DNA of 64,000 nt from Tagaea sp. (GTDB lineage Bacteria; Pseudomonadota; Alphaproteobacteria; CACIAM-22H2), in assembly GCA_965279525.1 (NCBI GenBank), contig CBDIIB010000004.1, positions 1,024,001 to 1,088,000 on the forward strand. The letters run 5' to 3'. This document shows, in pieces, positions 15,214 to 23,318 of this stretch. A program made the position numbers and the translations under genes. Each line of letters opens with the position of its first letter. Position 1 is the first letter of the stretch. The notes beneath the pieces were generated by a model that made no database searches, had not been told where the DNA came from, and saw only the letters and a list, made by a program, of their open reading frames with translations.

Positions 15214-15711
15214 ATGCCGCACACCAAGGAAAGCCTGCTCGCACTGCTGGGCGAACTCGGCATCCCGGTCGAGACCGTCGAGCACGAGGCCGCGTTCACG
15301 GTCGAGGAGGCGCGACGCCTGCACGACGCGCGCATGCCCGGCGTCAACGTCAAGAACCTGTTCTTGAAAGACGCCAAGGACGCGCTGTGGCTGGTGAGCG
15401 CACCCTGGGAGCGGCAGATCGACCTCAAGGGCCTCCCCAATCGCATCGGCTGCAAGCGCGTGTCGTTCGGCTCGCCCGCCCTGCTGATGGAAACGCTCGG
15501 CGTCATCCCGGGGGCCGTGACGCCGTTCGCCCCCGTCAACGACACGGGCAGACGCGTGCGCGTCGTGCTCGACGCGGAAATGATGCGCGCGGAAACGCTC
15601 AACTGCCATCCGCTGGTCAACACCGCGACGACCAACATCCGCGCGGCCGACCTGCTGCGCTTCCTGCGCCACTGCCACGGCGAACCGCTGGTGGCCGAAC
15701 TCGGCGCCTGA
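15214..15711 (+). CDS. YbaK/ProX family prolyl-tRNA editing protein
   Basis: H.AAFTVEE, KNLFLKD, LGVIPGAVTPF, NCHPLVNTAT. Confidence 0.9.
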   Translation: MPHTKESLLALLGELGIPVETVEHEAAFTVEEARRLHDARMPGVNVKNLFLKDAKDALWLVSAPWERQIDLKGLPNRIGCKRVSFGSPALLMETLGVIPGAVTPFAPVNDTGRRVRVVLDAEMMRAETLNCHPLVNTATTNIRAADLLRFLRHCHGEPLVAELGA

Positions 15712-15763
15712 ATCCGTCATCGATTTGCGTATAATGGATCTCCCCCAAGACGGAGATCCCGAC

Positions 15764-16186
15764 ATGAACATCCTCTACACGACCAAGGGTTCGGCGACCG
15801 GCGGGCGCGCCGGCAAGGCCGCGAGCGAGGACGGCGTGCTCCAGGTGACGCTGACCACGCCCAAGGCGCTGGGCGGCGACGGTGCCGTCGGCACCAATCC
15901 CGAGCAGCTCTTCGCGTGCGGCTATTCGGCCTGCTTCCTGGGTGCCCTCAAGTTCGTGGCCGGCAAGGCCAAGGTGAAGATCCCCGAGGATGCCCGCGTG
16001 ACCGCGACGGTGGGCATCGGCCCGCGCGACGACGGCGGCGGCTTCGGCATCGAGGTGGCGCTCGCCATCAGCGTGCCGGGCGTGGAACGCGCGACGGTCG
16101 AGGATCTGGTCAAACAGGCACATGTCGTGTGCCCCTACAGCCACGCGACCAAGGGCAGCCTCGACGTCAAGCTCAGCGTCGTCTGA
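15764..16186 (+). CDS. ohr: Organic hydroperoxide resistance protein Ohr
   Basis: ATGGR.G, GTNPEQLFACGYSACF, AHVVCPYS; GGAG Shine-Dalgarno. Confidence 0.95.
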   Translation: MNILYTTKGSATGGRAGKAASEDGVLQVTLTTPKALGGDGAVGTNPEQLFACGYSACFLGALKFVAGKAKVKIPEDARVTATVGIGPRDDGGGFGIEVALAISVPGVERATVEDLVKQAHVVCPYSHATKGSLDVKLSVV

Positions 16187-16278
16187 CCGGCATTGCCGCG
16201 CGGGCGGAATTGCAATGCCGCCCGCGCGGCCCTAGGCTTGCCGGAACAAGAACGAAGACGCCTTCCGGGAGTGACGTG

Positions 16279-17472
16279 ATGCCGCCCGAGACCCTGTCCC
16301 GCCGTACCGTGCTGTTCGTCAACATCGCGCACGCGCTCGACCATTTCGTGCTGCTGATCTATCCCACGGCCGTCATCGCCATCGCGGCCGACACGCGCAC
16401 GACCTATACCGAGCTGATCGGGCTTGCGACCGGCGCCTTCGTGGCCTTCGGCCTGTTCTCGCTGCCGATGGGCTGGATCGCCGAACGGGTCGGCAGGCGC
16501 AACCTGCTCGCCGCGTTCTTCGCCGGCTGCGGGCTTTCGTGCCTCGGCCTGTCGATGGCCGAGACACCGATGCAGTTCGCTGTCCTGCTGCTGGTGCTGG
16601 GCATGTTCACCGCGATCTACCATCCGATCGGGTCGGCGATGCTGGTCACGCACGCGCGCGCCCTGGGCCGCGATCTGGGGTGGAACGGCGTGTGGGGAAA
16701 TCTCGGCGCCGCATTCGCGTCGGGCGTGACCGCCCTTGTCGCGGCGTGGCTGGGCTGGCGCGCGGCGTTCGTGGTCCCCGGCCTCGTGTGCCTTGGTGCC
16801 TGCGCCGTCTTCATGGCCATGGTGCCGGGCGACGGCGACGCGGGCGAGAAGCAGAAGAAGCAGGGCGCCGAGATTTCCGTCGCGCGCCCGTTCGTCCTGT
16901 TCGCGGCTTTCGTGCTGGCGGTCGTGGCCGGCGGCATGACCTTCAACATCACGACGATCGCGTTGCCCAAGGTGATCGACGAGCGCATCGGGCTCGACCT
17001 GCCGCTCGCCCTCACCGGCTCGCTCGCCACCGCCGTGTTCGTGTTCGGCGCGTTGACGCAGCTTGCCGTCGGCCAGCTCGTCGACCGTTTCGCGCTGCCG
17101 ACGATCTTCGTGGGCCTCGCCTTGTTCCAGCCGATCGGCCTCGGGCTCGCGGCGGTTTCGACCGGCGTGCCGATGCTGGCCGGAATGGTGCTGGTGATGG
17201 CCGCGATCTACGGGCAGGTCGTCGTCAACGACGCGATGGTGGCACGCTATGTGCCGCCGATGTACCGCGCCAAGGCGTTCAGCATCCGCTATTTCCTCGG
17301 CTTCACGACGGCCGGGGCCGCCGTCCCGCTGATCGCGTATCTGCACGGGCAAGGCGGCTTCGCCACGGTGCTGATGGCAGCCGCCCTGTTCGGTGCGGCG
17401 ATCTTCGCGGCCGGCTGCGCGTTCTGGCTTGCCTCCCAGCCGCAGCGCGCGGCGGCGACCGCCGGCGACTAG
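16279..17472 (+). CDS. MFS transporter
   Basis: About 12 hydrophobic segments; GWIAERVGRR motif A; AIYHPIG. Confidence 0.88.
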   Translation: MPPETLSRRTVLFVNIAHALDHFVLLIYPTAVIAIAADTRTTYTELIGLATGAFVAFGLFSLPMGWIAERVGRRNLLAAFFAGCGLSCLGLSMAETPMQFAVLLLVLGMFTAIYHPIGSAMLVTHARALGRDLGWNGVWGNLGAAFASGVTALVAAWLGWRAAFVVPGLVCLGACAVFMAMVPGDGDAGEKQKKQGAEISVARPFVLFAAFVLAVVAGGMTFNITTIALPKVIDERIGLDLPLALTGSLATAVFVFGALTQLAVGQLVDRFALPTIFVGLALFQPIGLGLAAVSTGVPMLAGMVLVMAAIYGQVVVNDAMVARYVPPMYRAKAFSIRYFLGFTTAGAAVPLIAYLHGQGGFATVLMAAALFGAAIFAAGCAFWLASQPQRAAATAGD

Positions 17473-17473
17473 T

Positions 17474-18292
17474 TCAGCGGAAGAGGCCGAGCAGCACGGA
17501 CGGCTGCTGGTTGGCGATCGACAGCGACTGGATGCCGAGCTGCTGGCGGACCTGCAGCGACTGCACCGAGGCCGAGGCCTTGCCGATGTCGGCATCGACG
17601 ATGGCACCGAGGCCCGTCGTCGTGGCGTCGACGATCGCATTGATGAACGCGGACTGGAGCTGCAGCGTGCGCGTTTCAGCGGCATTGGCACCCAGCGACG
17701 TGGCGACCGCCTGCGCGAACGTGTTGAGCGAGGTGAGCGCCAGCGTTGCCGCCGAAGCCGACGTGACCGACGAGCCGGTGAAAGTCGTGAAGGCCTGGCG
17801 GACAGAGGACTGCGAGGTCATCGTCAGCGTCACGGCGTTGGTGTCGGCAAGGAACGTCTTGGCGACCGAGGCGGCCGACAGCAGGTTCGTGCCGTTGTAG
17901 TTGGCCTGCGTGATGAAGTTGTTGATCTGCGAGGTCATCGCGTTGAAGTCGGCGGTGTAGATCGTGCGCTGGTTGGCGCTGATCGACCCGTCGGCGAGCT
18001 GCGTGATCTTGGCCTGCAGGTTGCCGACCAGGTTCGAGATGTTGGTCAGTGCCGCCTGCGTGACGGAGCCGAGGCCCACGCCGTTGGCGAGCGAGCCCTG
18101 GACGGCCTGAAAGGCCTGCAGGTTGCCGCGGATGCCTTGCGCGACCGAGAAGGTCGATGCGTCGTCGGCAGCGTCCGCGACCCGGTAACCGGTCTGGACC
18201 TGCTTGGAGGCGACGTTGAGAGCGGATTGCGTGGTGCGCAGGGAGGCCAGAGCCACCATCGCGCCGACATTCGTGTTGATCGAGTTCGACAT
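17474..18292 (-). CDS. Flagellin (short, 272 aa)
   Basis: MSNSINTNVGAMVAL, TGYRVADAADDAS N-terminus; GLGAIVDADIGKAS..LQVRQQLGIQSLSIANQQP..LLGLFR C-terminus. Confidence 0.95.
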   Translation of the reverse strand: MSNSINTNVGAMVALASLRTTQSALNVASKQVQTGYRVADAADDASTFSVAQGIRGNLQAFQAVQGSLANGVGLGSVTQAALTNISNLVGNLQAKITQLADGSISANQRTIYTADFNAMTSQINNFITQANYNGTNLLSAASVAKTFLADTNAVTLTMTSQSSVRQAFTTFTGSSVTSASAATLALTSLNTFAQAVATSLGANAAETRTLQLQSAFINAIVDATTTGLGAIVDADIGKASASVQSLQVRQQLGIQSLSIANQQPSVLLGLFR

Positions 18293-18389
18293 CGTTCTTG
18301 CTACTCCCTCGGTTGTCGGCGCGGCCCTGCCCTGCTGAGGCGGTTTCGTGCCGGCGATCCGGTCGATCCGGGCAAAGGCCGGACGAAGC

Positions 18390-18542
18390 GGTATCAGAAT
18401 GTGTTATTGTTACTTACTGTTACAAACTGATAACGGCAGTTGTCCAGTCGATCAATGTAATTTCCGAAAATATAAAAATAACTCGGCCCAAAATGAATTA
18501 AAAATCAATTCAAATTGAAGTTATTACTCTAACCAATTGAAA
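18390..18542. promoter_or_regulatory. AT-rich upstream control region of the flagellin gene
   Basis: Sharp AT-rich stretch in GC-rich DNA; TTAA-N7-TTCA at 18498-18512 (CtrA-like, one mismatch); repeated TGTTA words. Confidence 0.5.
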
Positions 18543-19007
18543 TCACGAACGAACTGTCCAGCCTTCGAGCGGGACGATCGCCTCATCGCGCAGCAACGGT
18601 CCGTGGATCTCATAGGCGTCGGGCGCTTTCGCGAGCACCGCACGGCACGAATAGGCCGGGTCCATGTCCGACATGTCGGCGGCGGCGGCCCCGAACACGA
18701 CGCGCCGGATGCCCGAGCCCGCGATCGCCTCGGCGCACAGGGCGCACGGCTCGCCGCTCGCATAGATCGTCGCCCCGTCCAGCCGCTCGCGCGGCACGGC
18801 GGTCTTCAGGAGCCGCACGGCGTTGGCCTCGGCATGTGCCGTCGGGTCGCGCGTCGTGTTCTGGGTATTGCGCGCTTCCACGAGCACGCTGCCGTTCGCC
18901 GCGACGACGACGGCGCCATAGGGCTCGTCGCCGACCTTGCGCGCGATCATCGCGAGCGCGATTGCCGAGCGCAGATAGGGAAGATCGCGGAGGGTCAATC
19001 CATTCAT
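18543..19007 (-). CDS. Zinc-dependent nucleoside/nucleobase deaminase
   Basis: PYGAVVV, DPTAHAE, EPCALC. Confidence 0.88.
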   Translation of the reverse strand: MNGLTLRDLPYLRSAIALAMIARKVGDEPYGAVVVAANGSVLVEARNTQNTTRDPTAHAEANAVRLLKTAVPRERLDGATIYASGEPCALCAEAIAGSGIRRVVFGAAAADMSDMDPAYSCRAVLAKAPDAYEIHGPLLRDEAIVPLEGWTVRS

Positions 19008-19014
19008 CTCTGCC

Positions 19015-19848
19015 TCACATCGTCGCGCGCCGGCGCGACTCCTTCAGCCAGGCGACGGCACCCGGTGTGGCGTTCCACGCGCGCGCGCTGTTGACCGCGA
19101 CGATGACGGCCTCGTCGCGGCTGCCGGGCTCGACCGACAGCGGGGCTGCCTTGGGCGGCTTTCGGTCGCCCACCAGATAGGCCGGCACGTAGCCGTTGGC
19201 GGTGAGGGCAGCGGCGAGTGCTGCATCGGCCGCACCCCCTGCCCCGCTTTTGCGGAACGCGAGCAAGGCGCGCGCATAGGCCACGCGCGCGTCGGTGTCG
19301 GATGCGAACCTGTCGAGCAGCGCCAGCGCCTCGTCGTCGGCACTCGCGTCGATCAGCGCGTCGGCGAAATCGAAGCGCGCGCGCGACGGGTCGGACGGGT
19401 CGAGGCGCAACACCTCGCGCCAGTGGTCGAACGCCGCGTCGCGGTCGGCCGAAACGGCAAGCGCACTCGCCAGATGCTGGCGGGCCTCGAGATAGCCAAG
19501 GCCGCGCGGACTTGCGCCCAACGTGCCAGTCTCGGCCGCAAGCCGGTCGCCCAGCGCCGCCTCGCCCGCCTGCAGGGCGAGTTTGAGGAAGCGCACGCGC
19601 TCGACCAGATCGCGTGCGGCGAACAGCGACAGCATCGTATAGGCCGGCGCGCAGTAGAGACTGTCGCCCAGTGCGGCGAGTGCCAGCTCCACGCCCTTGC
19701 GCGGATTGGATGCATCCCATGCGGACGCCGCCTTCGCCTCGGCAGCCGCGATCCGATCCTCGCCCGCCATCGCGGCAAGATCTGTCTCGGGGCCGATCAG
19801 GCCAAGCTCGACGAGGAATTCGTGTTCGGTGGTCGCAAAGCCGCTCAT
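19015..19848 (-). CDS. TPR-like helical hypothetical protein
   Basis: Start MSGFATTEH overlaps the thioesterase stop; helical repeats, LRLDPSDP..RF, ANGYVPAYL. Confidence 0.65.
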   Translation of the reverse strand: MSGFATTEHEFLVELGLIGPETDLAAMAGEDRIAAAEAKAASAWDASNPRKGVELALAALGDSLYCAPAYTMLSLFAARDLVERVRFLKLALQAGEAALGDRLAAETGTLGASPRGLGYLEARQHLASALAVSADRDAAFDHWREVLRLDPSDPSRARFDFADALIDASADDEALALLDRFASDTDARVAYARALLAFRKSGAGGAADAALAAALTANGYVPAYLVGDRKPPKAAPLSVEPGSRDEAVIVAVNSARAWNATPGAVAWLKESRRRATM

Positions 19849-20243
19849 GCCGCGCCCTCGCCGTCCACCAGCCGCGGCCGCCGGTCGAGGCCGATCGCGA
19901 CATAGGTGAACACGCCTTGCGTGACCTTGACGCGCTCGCTGCCTTCGCGCTTGCGCGTCCAGGTCTCGACCTTGATCGTCATCGACGTGCGGCCCACGCG
20001 CTGCATCTCGCAATAGCAGCTCACCTCGTCGCCGACGGTGACGGGCAGATGGAACGTCATCGCCTCGACGGCGACCGTCGCCACGCGGCCCTTGGCGCGC
20101 TGGCTGGCAAAGCTGCCGCCCGCGAGATCCATCTGGGAAAGCAGCCAGCCGCCGAAGATGTCGCCGTTGGGGTTGGTGTCCGCCGGCATCGCGATGGCCC
20201 GAAGGACGGGCTCGCCCGAGGGTGATGCTGGGGGTGCGGACAT
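19845..20243 (-). CDS. yciA: Acyl-CoA thioesterase (YciA-like hotdog fold)
   Basis: AMPADTNPNGDIFGGWLLSQMDLAG, VGRTSM, FTYVAI. Confidence 0.9.
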   Translation of the reverse strand: MSAPPASPSGEPVLRAIAMPADTNPNGDIFGGWLLSQMDLAGGSFASQRAKGRVATVAVEAMTFHLPVTVGDEVSCYCEMQRVGRTSMTIKVETWTRKREGSERVKVTQGVFTYVAIGLDRRPRLVDGEGAA

Positions 20244-20411
20244 GGGCGAGGCTCCGGAAAACGGCGGGACGGTTCTCGAAAGTAGCGCAATCCGGGCCGG
20301 CAGGCCATTGAAACACATGGAGAAAGCCTGCCGCCCGGCACGGAGTTTGCGTCGAATCGGATGCCGCCCTTAGTCTCCGCCTTTCCGCAAGCGCACCAGA
20401 TCCCGGGACCC

Positions 20412-22388
20412 ATGGCCGACCTGTTTTCCAACGCCGCCAAGAAGAACGACAGCTACACCGCCAAGGACATCGAGGTCCTCGAGGGGCTGGAGCCGGTCCG
20501 CCGGCGCCCGGGCATGTATATCGGCGGCACCGACGAGCGGGCGCTGCATCACCTGATCGCCGAGGTGCTCGACAACTCGATGGACGAGGCCGTCGCCGGC
20601 CACGCCGACTGGATCGAGGTCGAGCTTGCCGCCGACGACTGGATGACGATCCGCGACAACGGCCGCGGCATCCCGGTCGATCCGCATCCGCGCTTCCCCA
20701 AGAAGTCGGCGCTGGAAGTGATCCTGACCACGCTGCATTCGGGCGGCAAGTTCGCCAACAAGGCCTATTCCACGTCGGGCGGCCTGCACGGCGTGGGCGT
20801 GTCGGTCGTCAACGCGCTGTCCGACGAGTTCGAGGTCGAGGTCGCGCGCGACAAGGCACTCTTCGCGCAGAAATATTCGCGCGGCGTGCCGCAGGGCCCG
20901 CTCAAGAAGCTGGGGGCGACCAACAACCGGCGCGGCACCACCGTGCGCTTCCACCCCGACGCGCAGATCTTCGGCAAGTCGATGCATTTCAAGCCGCAGA
21001 CCGTCTACAAGATGGCGCGCGCGAAGGCCTTCCTGTTCAAGGGCGTCGAGATCCGCTGGAAGTGCGATCCGGCCCTGCTGAAGCCCGAATGGGGCATTCC
21101 GCCCGAGCAGTCGATGCGCTTCCCCGGCGGGCTTGCGGACTCGCTGGCCGAGGCGATCGGCAAGCGGCCCACCTACACGCCCAAGCCCTTTGCCGGCGAC
21201 GTGAAGCTGGATGCGCAAGGCGGGCGACTCGAATGGGCGGTCGCGTGGCCCGGCGACGAGGATGCGGAAGTGCATTCCTACGTCAACACGGTGCCCACGC
21301 CGCAGGGCGGCAGCCACGAGCTGGGCCTGCGTGCCGCCCTCACGCGCAGCCTTCGCGCCTATGGCGACATGACCGCCAACAAGAAGGCCGCCAACATCGC
21401 GTCGGAAGACGTGTGCGACGGGGCGGTCGTGTTCCTGTCGCTCTTCGTGCGCGACCCGCAGTTCCAGGGCCAGACGAAAGACCGCCTCGGCATGCCCGAA
21501 GCCCAGCGCATGGTCGACAATGCGCTGAAAGACCAGTTCGACCATTGGCTCGCCGACGATCCGGCGGCGGCCAAGCAGCTTCTCGAACGCGCCGTCGAGC
21601 GCGCGGAAGACCGCGCGCGCCGGCGCATGCAGAAGGAGCAGGACCGCAAGTCGGCCACGCGCCGCCTGCGCCTGCCCGGCAAGCTCGCCGACTGTTCGGC
21701 GACCAACTCCGACGACACCGAGATCTTCCTCGTCGAAGGCGATTCCGCCGGCGGCTCGGCCAAGCAGGCGCGTAGCCGCGAAAAGCAGGCGATCCTGCCC
21801 TTGCGCGGCAAGATCCTGAACGTCGCCAGCGCTTCGGCCGACAAGCTGCGCGGCAACCAGGAACTCGCGGATCTCACGCAGGCACTGGGCTGCGGGACGG
21901 GCGAGAACTGGGACGAAGGCAAGCTGCGCTACGAGCGCGTCATCATCATGACCGACGCCGACGTGGACGGGGCCCACATCGCCTCGCTGCTGATCACGTT
22001 CTTCTACCGCGAGATGCCCAAGCTGATCGAGACCGGGCACCTGTTCCTCGCCTTGCCGCCGCTCTACCGCATCGCGGCGGGCGGCGACGTCGCGTACGGG
22101 CGCGACGACGCGCACAAGGACGAGCTGATCAAGACGCGCTTCAAGAACCGGAAAGTGGAGATCAGCCGCTTCAAGGGCCTCGGCGAAATGCCGCCCGCAC
22201 AGCTCAAGGAAACGACGATGGACCCCAAGAAGCGCACGCTGCTGCGCGTCGTGGTCCCCGACCGCGAGCACCGCGAGGCGTTCGAGGAAACCGAATCGCT
22301 GGTCGAGAGCCTGATGGGCCGCAAACCCGAACTGCGCCTCGCCTTCATCCAGGAGCACGCGACCAGCGTGCGCGATCTCGACGTCTGA
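20412..22388 (+). CDS. parE: DNA topoisomerase IV subunit B
   Basis: LEGLEPVRRRPGMYIG, EVLDNSMDEA, VEGDSAGGSAKQAR, PLRGKILN, MTDADVDG, RFKGLGEM; 658 aa with no GyrB insertion. Confidence 0.93.
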   Translation: MADLFSNAAKKNDSYTAKDIEVLEGLEPVRRRPGMYIGGTDERALHHLIAEVLDNSMDEAVAGHADWIEVELAADDWMTIRDNGRGIPVDPHPRFPKKSALEVILTTLHSGGKFANKAYSTSGGLHGVGVSVVNALSDEFEVEVARDKALFAQKYSRGVPQGPLKKLGATNNRRGTTVRFHPDAQIFGKSMHFKPQTVYKMARAKAFLFKGVEIRWKCDPALLKPEWGIPPEQSMRFPGGLADSLAEAIGKRPTYTPKPFAGDVKLDAQGGRLEWAVAWPGDEDAEVHSYVNTVPTPQGGSHELGLRAALTRSLRAYGDMTANKKAANIASEDVCDGAVVFLSLFVRDPQFQGQTKDRLGMPEAQRMVDNALKDQFDHWLADDPAAAKQLLERAVERAEDRARRRMQKEQDRKSATRRLRLPGKLADCSATNSDDTEIFLVEGDSAGGSAKQARSREKQAILPLRGKILNVASASADKLRGNQELADLTQALGCGTGENWDEGKLRYERVIIMTDADVDGAHIASLLITFFYREMPKLIETGHLFLALPPLYRIAAGGDVAYGRDDAHKDELIKTRFKNRKVEISRFKGLGEMPPAQLKETTMDPKKRTLLRVVVPDREHREAFEETESLVESLMGRKPELRLAFIQEHATSVRDLDV

Positions 22389-22409
22389 AGACCCTGCCGG
22401 AGGACCGAC

Positions 22410-22586
22410 ATGCTTCGTTTCATTCTCGCGATCCTGCTGCCCTGGCTGCAGTTCTTCACCATCGGCCGCCCCATGGCCGGGATCATCTGCCTGATCCTGC
22501 AGCTGACGATCATCGGCTGGCTGCCGGCCGCCATCTGGTCGGTCTACTCGCTCGGCAAATACAACGGCGGACAGACGGCCGCCTGA
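22410..22586 (+). CDS. YqaE/Pmp3 family small membrane protein (58 aa)
   Basis: MLRFILAILLPWLQFFTIGRP..IICLILQLTIIGWLPAAIWSVY; GGAGG SD; below the ORF-track length cutoff. Confidence 0.85.
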   Translation: MLRFILAILLPWLQFFTIGRPMAGIICLILQLTIIGWLPAAIWSVYSLGKYNGGQTAA

Positions 22587-22636
22587 TATTGCTAGCGACG
22601 CAATGACCCGGCACAACGGCAACACTTAGTTTCACA

Positions 22637-22673
22637 GTCATGCCCGGGCTTGTCCCGGGCATCCACGACTTTG
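22637..22673 (+). repeat. REP-type palindrome, left copy of a perfect 37-bp inverted pair
   Basis: GTCATGCCCGGGCTTGTCCCGGGCATCCACGACTTTG. Confidence 0.92.
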
Positions 22674-22681
22674 GATCAAGC

Positions 22682-23287
22682 ATGCGGCTGGCAAGCGGCG
22701 ACCAGATCCAGTTCGTCATTTCCACAATCGCCGAAGATCCCGCACGCATGCGCGTGCTCGAGATCGTGCGCGACCTCGAACTGCCGGATTGCTGGATCGG
22801 CGGCGGATTCGTGCGCTCGCCCGTATGGGACCGGCTTTCCGGCCGCGCGCCGGCATTCCCGGACGGTGACATCGACGTGCTGTGGTTCGACCCCGCTCGC
22901 TCTGACTCCGCCATCGATGCGCAGCTGGAAGAGCATCTCTCCGCACTCGATCCATCACTTGATTGGTCGGTGAAGAATCAGGCACGCATGCATCTGCGAA
23001 ACGGGGACACCCCCTACGCGTCAACGGCCGATGCCATGCGCTATTGGGTCGAAACGGCGACTGCCGTGGCGGTCAGACTCGCGGGCGACGAGATTGAGGC
23101 ATTGGCACCGCTTGGTTTCGACGATTTGTTCTCCATGACGCTTCGCCCGACGCCTGCATTCGCAGGAGTAAAGTGCGCCGTATTTCACAAGCGCAGACAA
23201 CTGAAGCGTTGGCAGGAACGTTGGCCGCGCTTGATTCTCGTCGACAAAGTCGTGGATGCCCGGGACAAGCCCGGGCATGACGGATAG
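22682..23287 (+). CDS. DUF925 nucleotidyltransferase family protein
   Basis: LPDCWIGGGFVR..VWD, DIDVLWFD, WSVKNQARMH.RNGD.PY, ETATAV, W..RWP.L; reads through the right REP copy. Confidence 0.85.
   Translation: MRLASGDQIQFVISTIAEDPARMRVLEIVRDLELPDCWIGGGFVRSPVWDRLSGRAPAFPDGDIDVLWFDPARSDSAIDAQLEEHLSALDPSLDWSVKNQARMHLRNGDTPYASTADAMRYWVETATAVAVRLAGDEIEALAPLGFDDLFSMTLRPTPAFAGVKCAVFHKRRQLKRWQERWPRLILVDKVVDARDKPGHDG
23245..23281 (-). repeat. REP-type palindrome, right copy
   Basis: CAAAGTCGTGGATGCCCGGGACAAGCCCGGGCATGAC is the exact reverse complement of 22637-22673. Confidence 0.92.
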
Positions 23288-23318
23288 GGCAGTACGTTGA
23301 TGGCTGCATCGGCGGCCG

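Noticed and set aside
18340-18440. Sigma54 or sigma28 promoter for the flagellin gene
   Set aside because: The best GGCACG candidate has GG-N9-GC spacing and the sigma28-like matches are weak
19015-20316. 433-aa ORF as a single protein
   Set aside because: Its 5' part overlaps the thioesterase in another frame; the real start is most likely ATG 19848
22637-23281. Autonomous IS element suggested by terminal inverted repeats
   Set aside because: The enclosed ORF is a DUF925 protein, not a transposase; the repeats are self-palindromic REP-type; no target duplication seen
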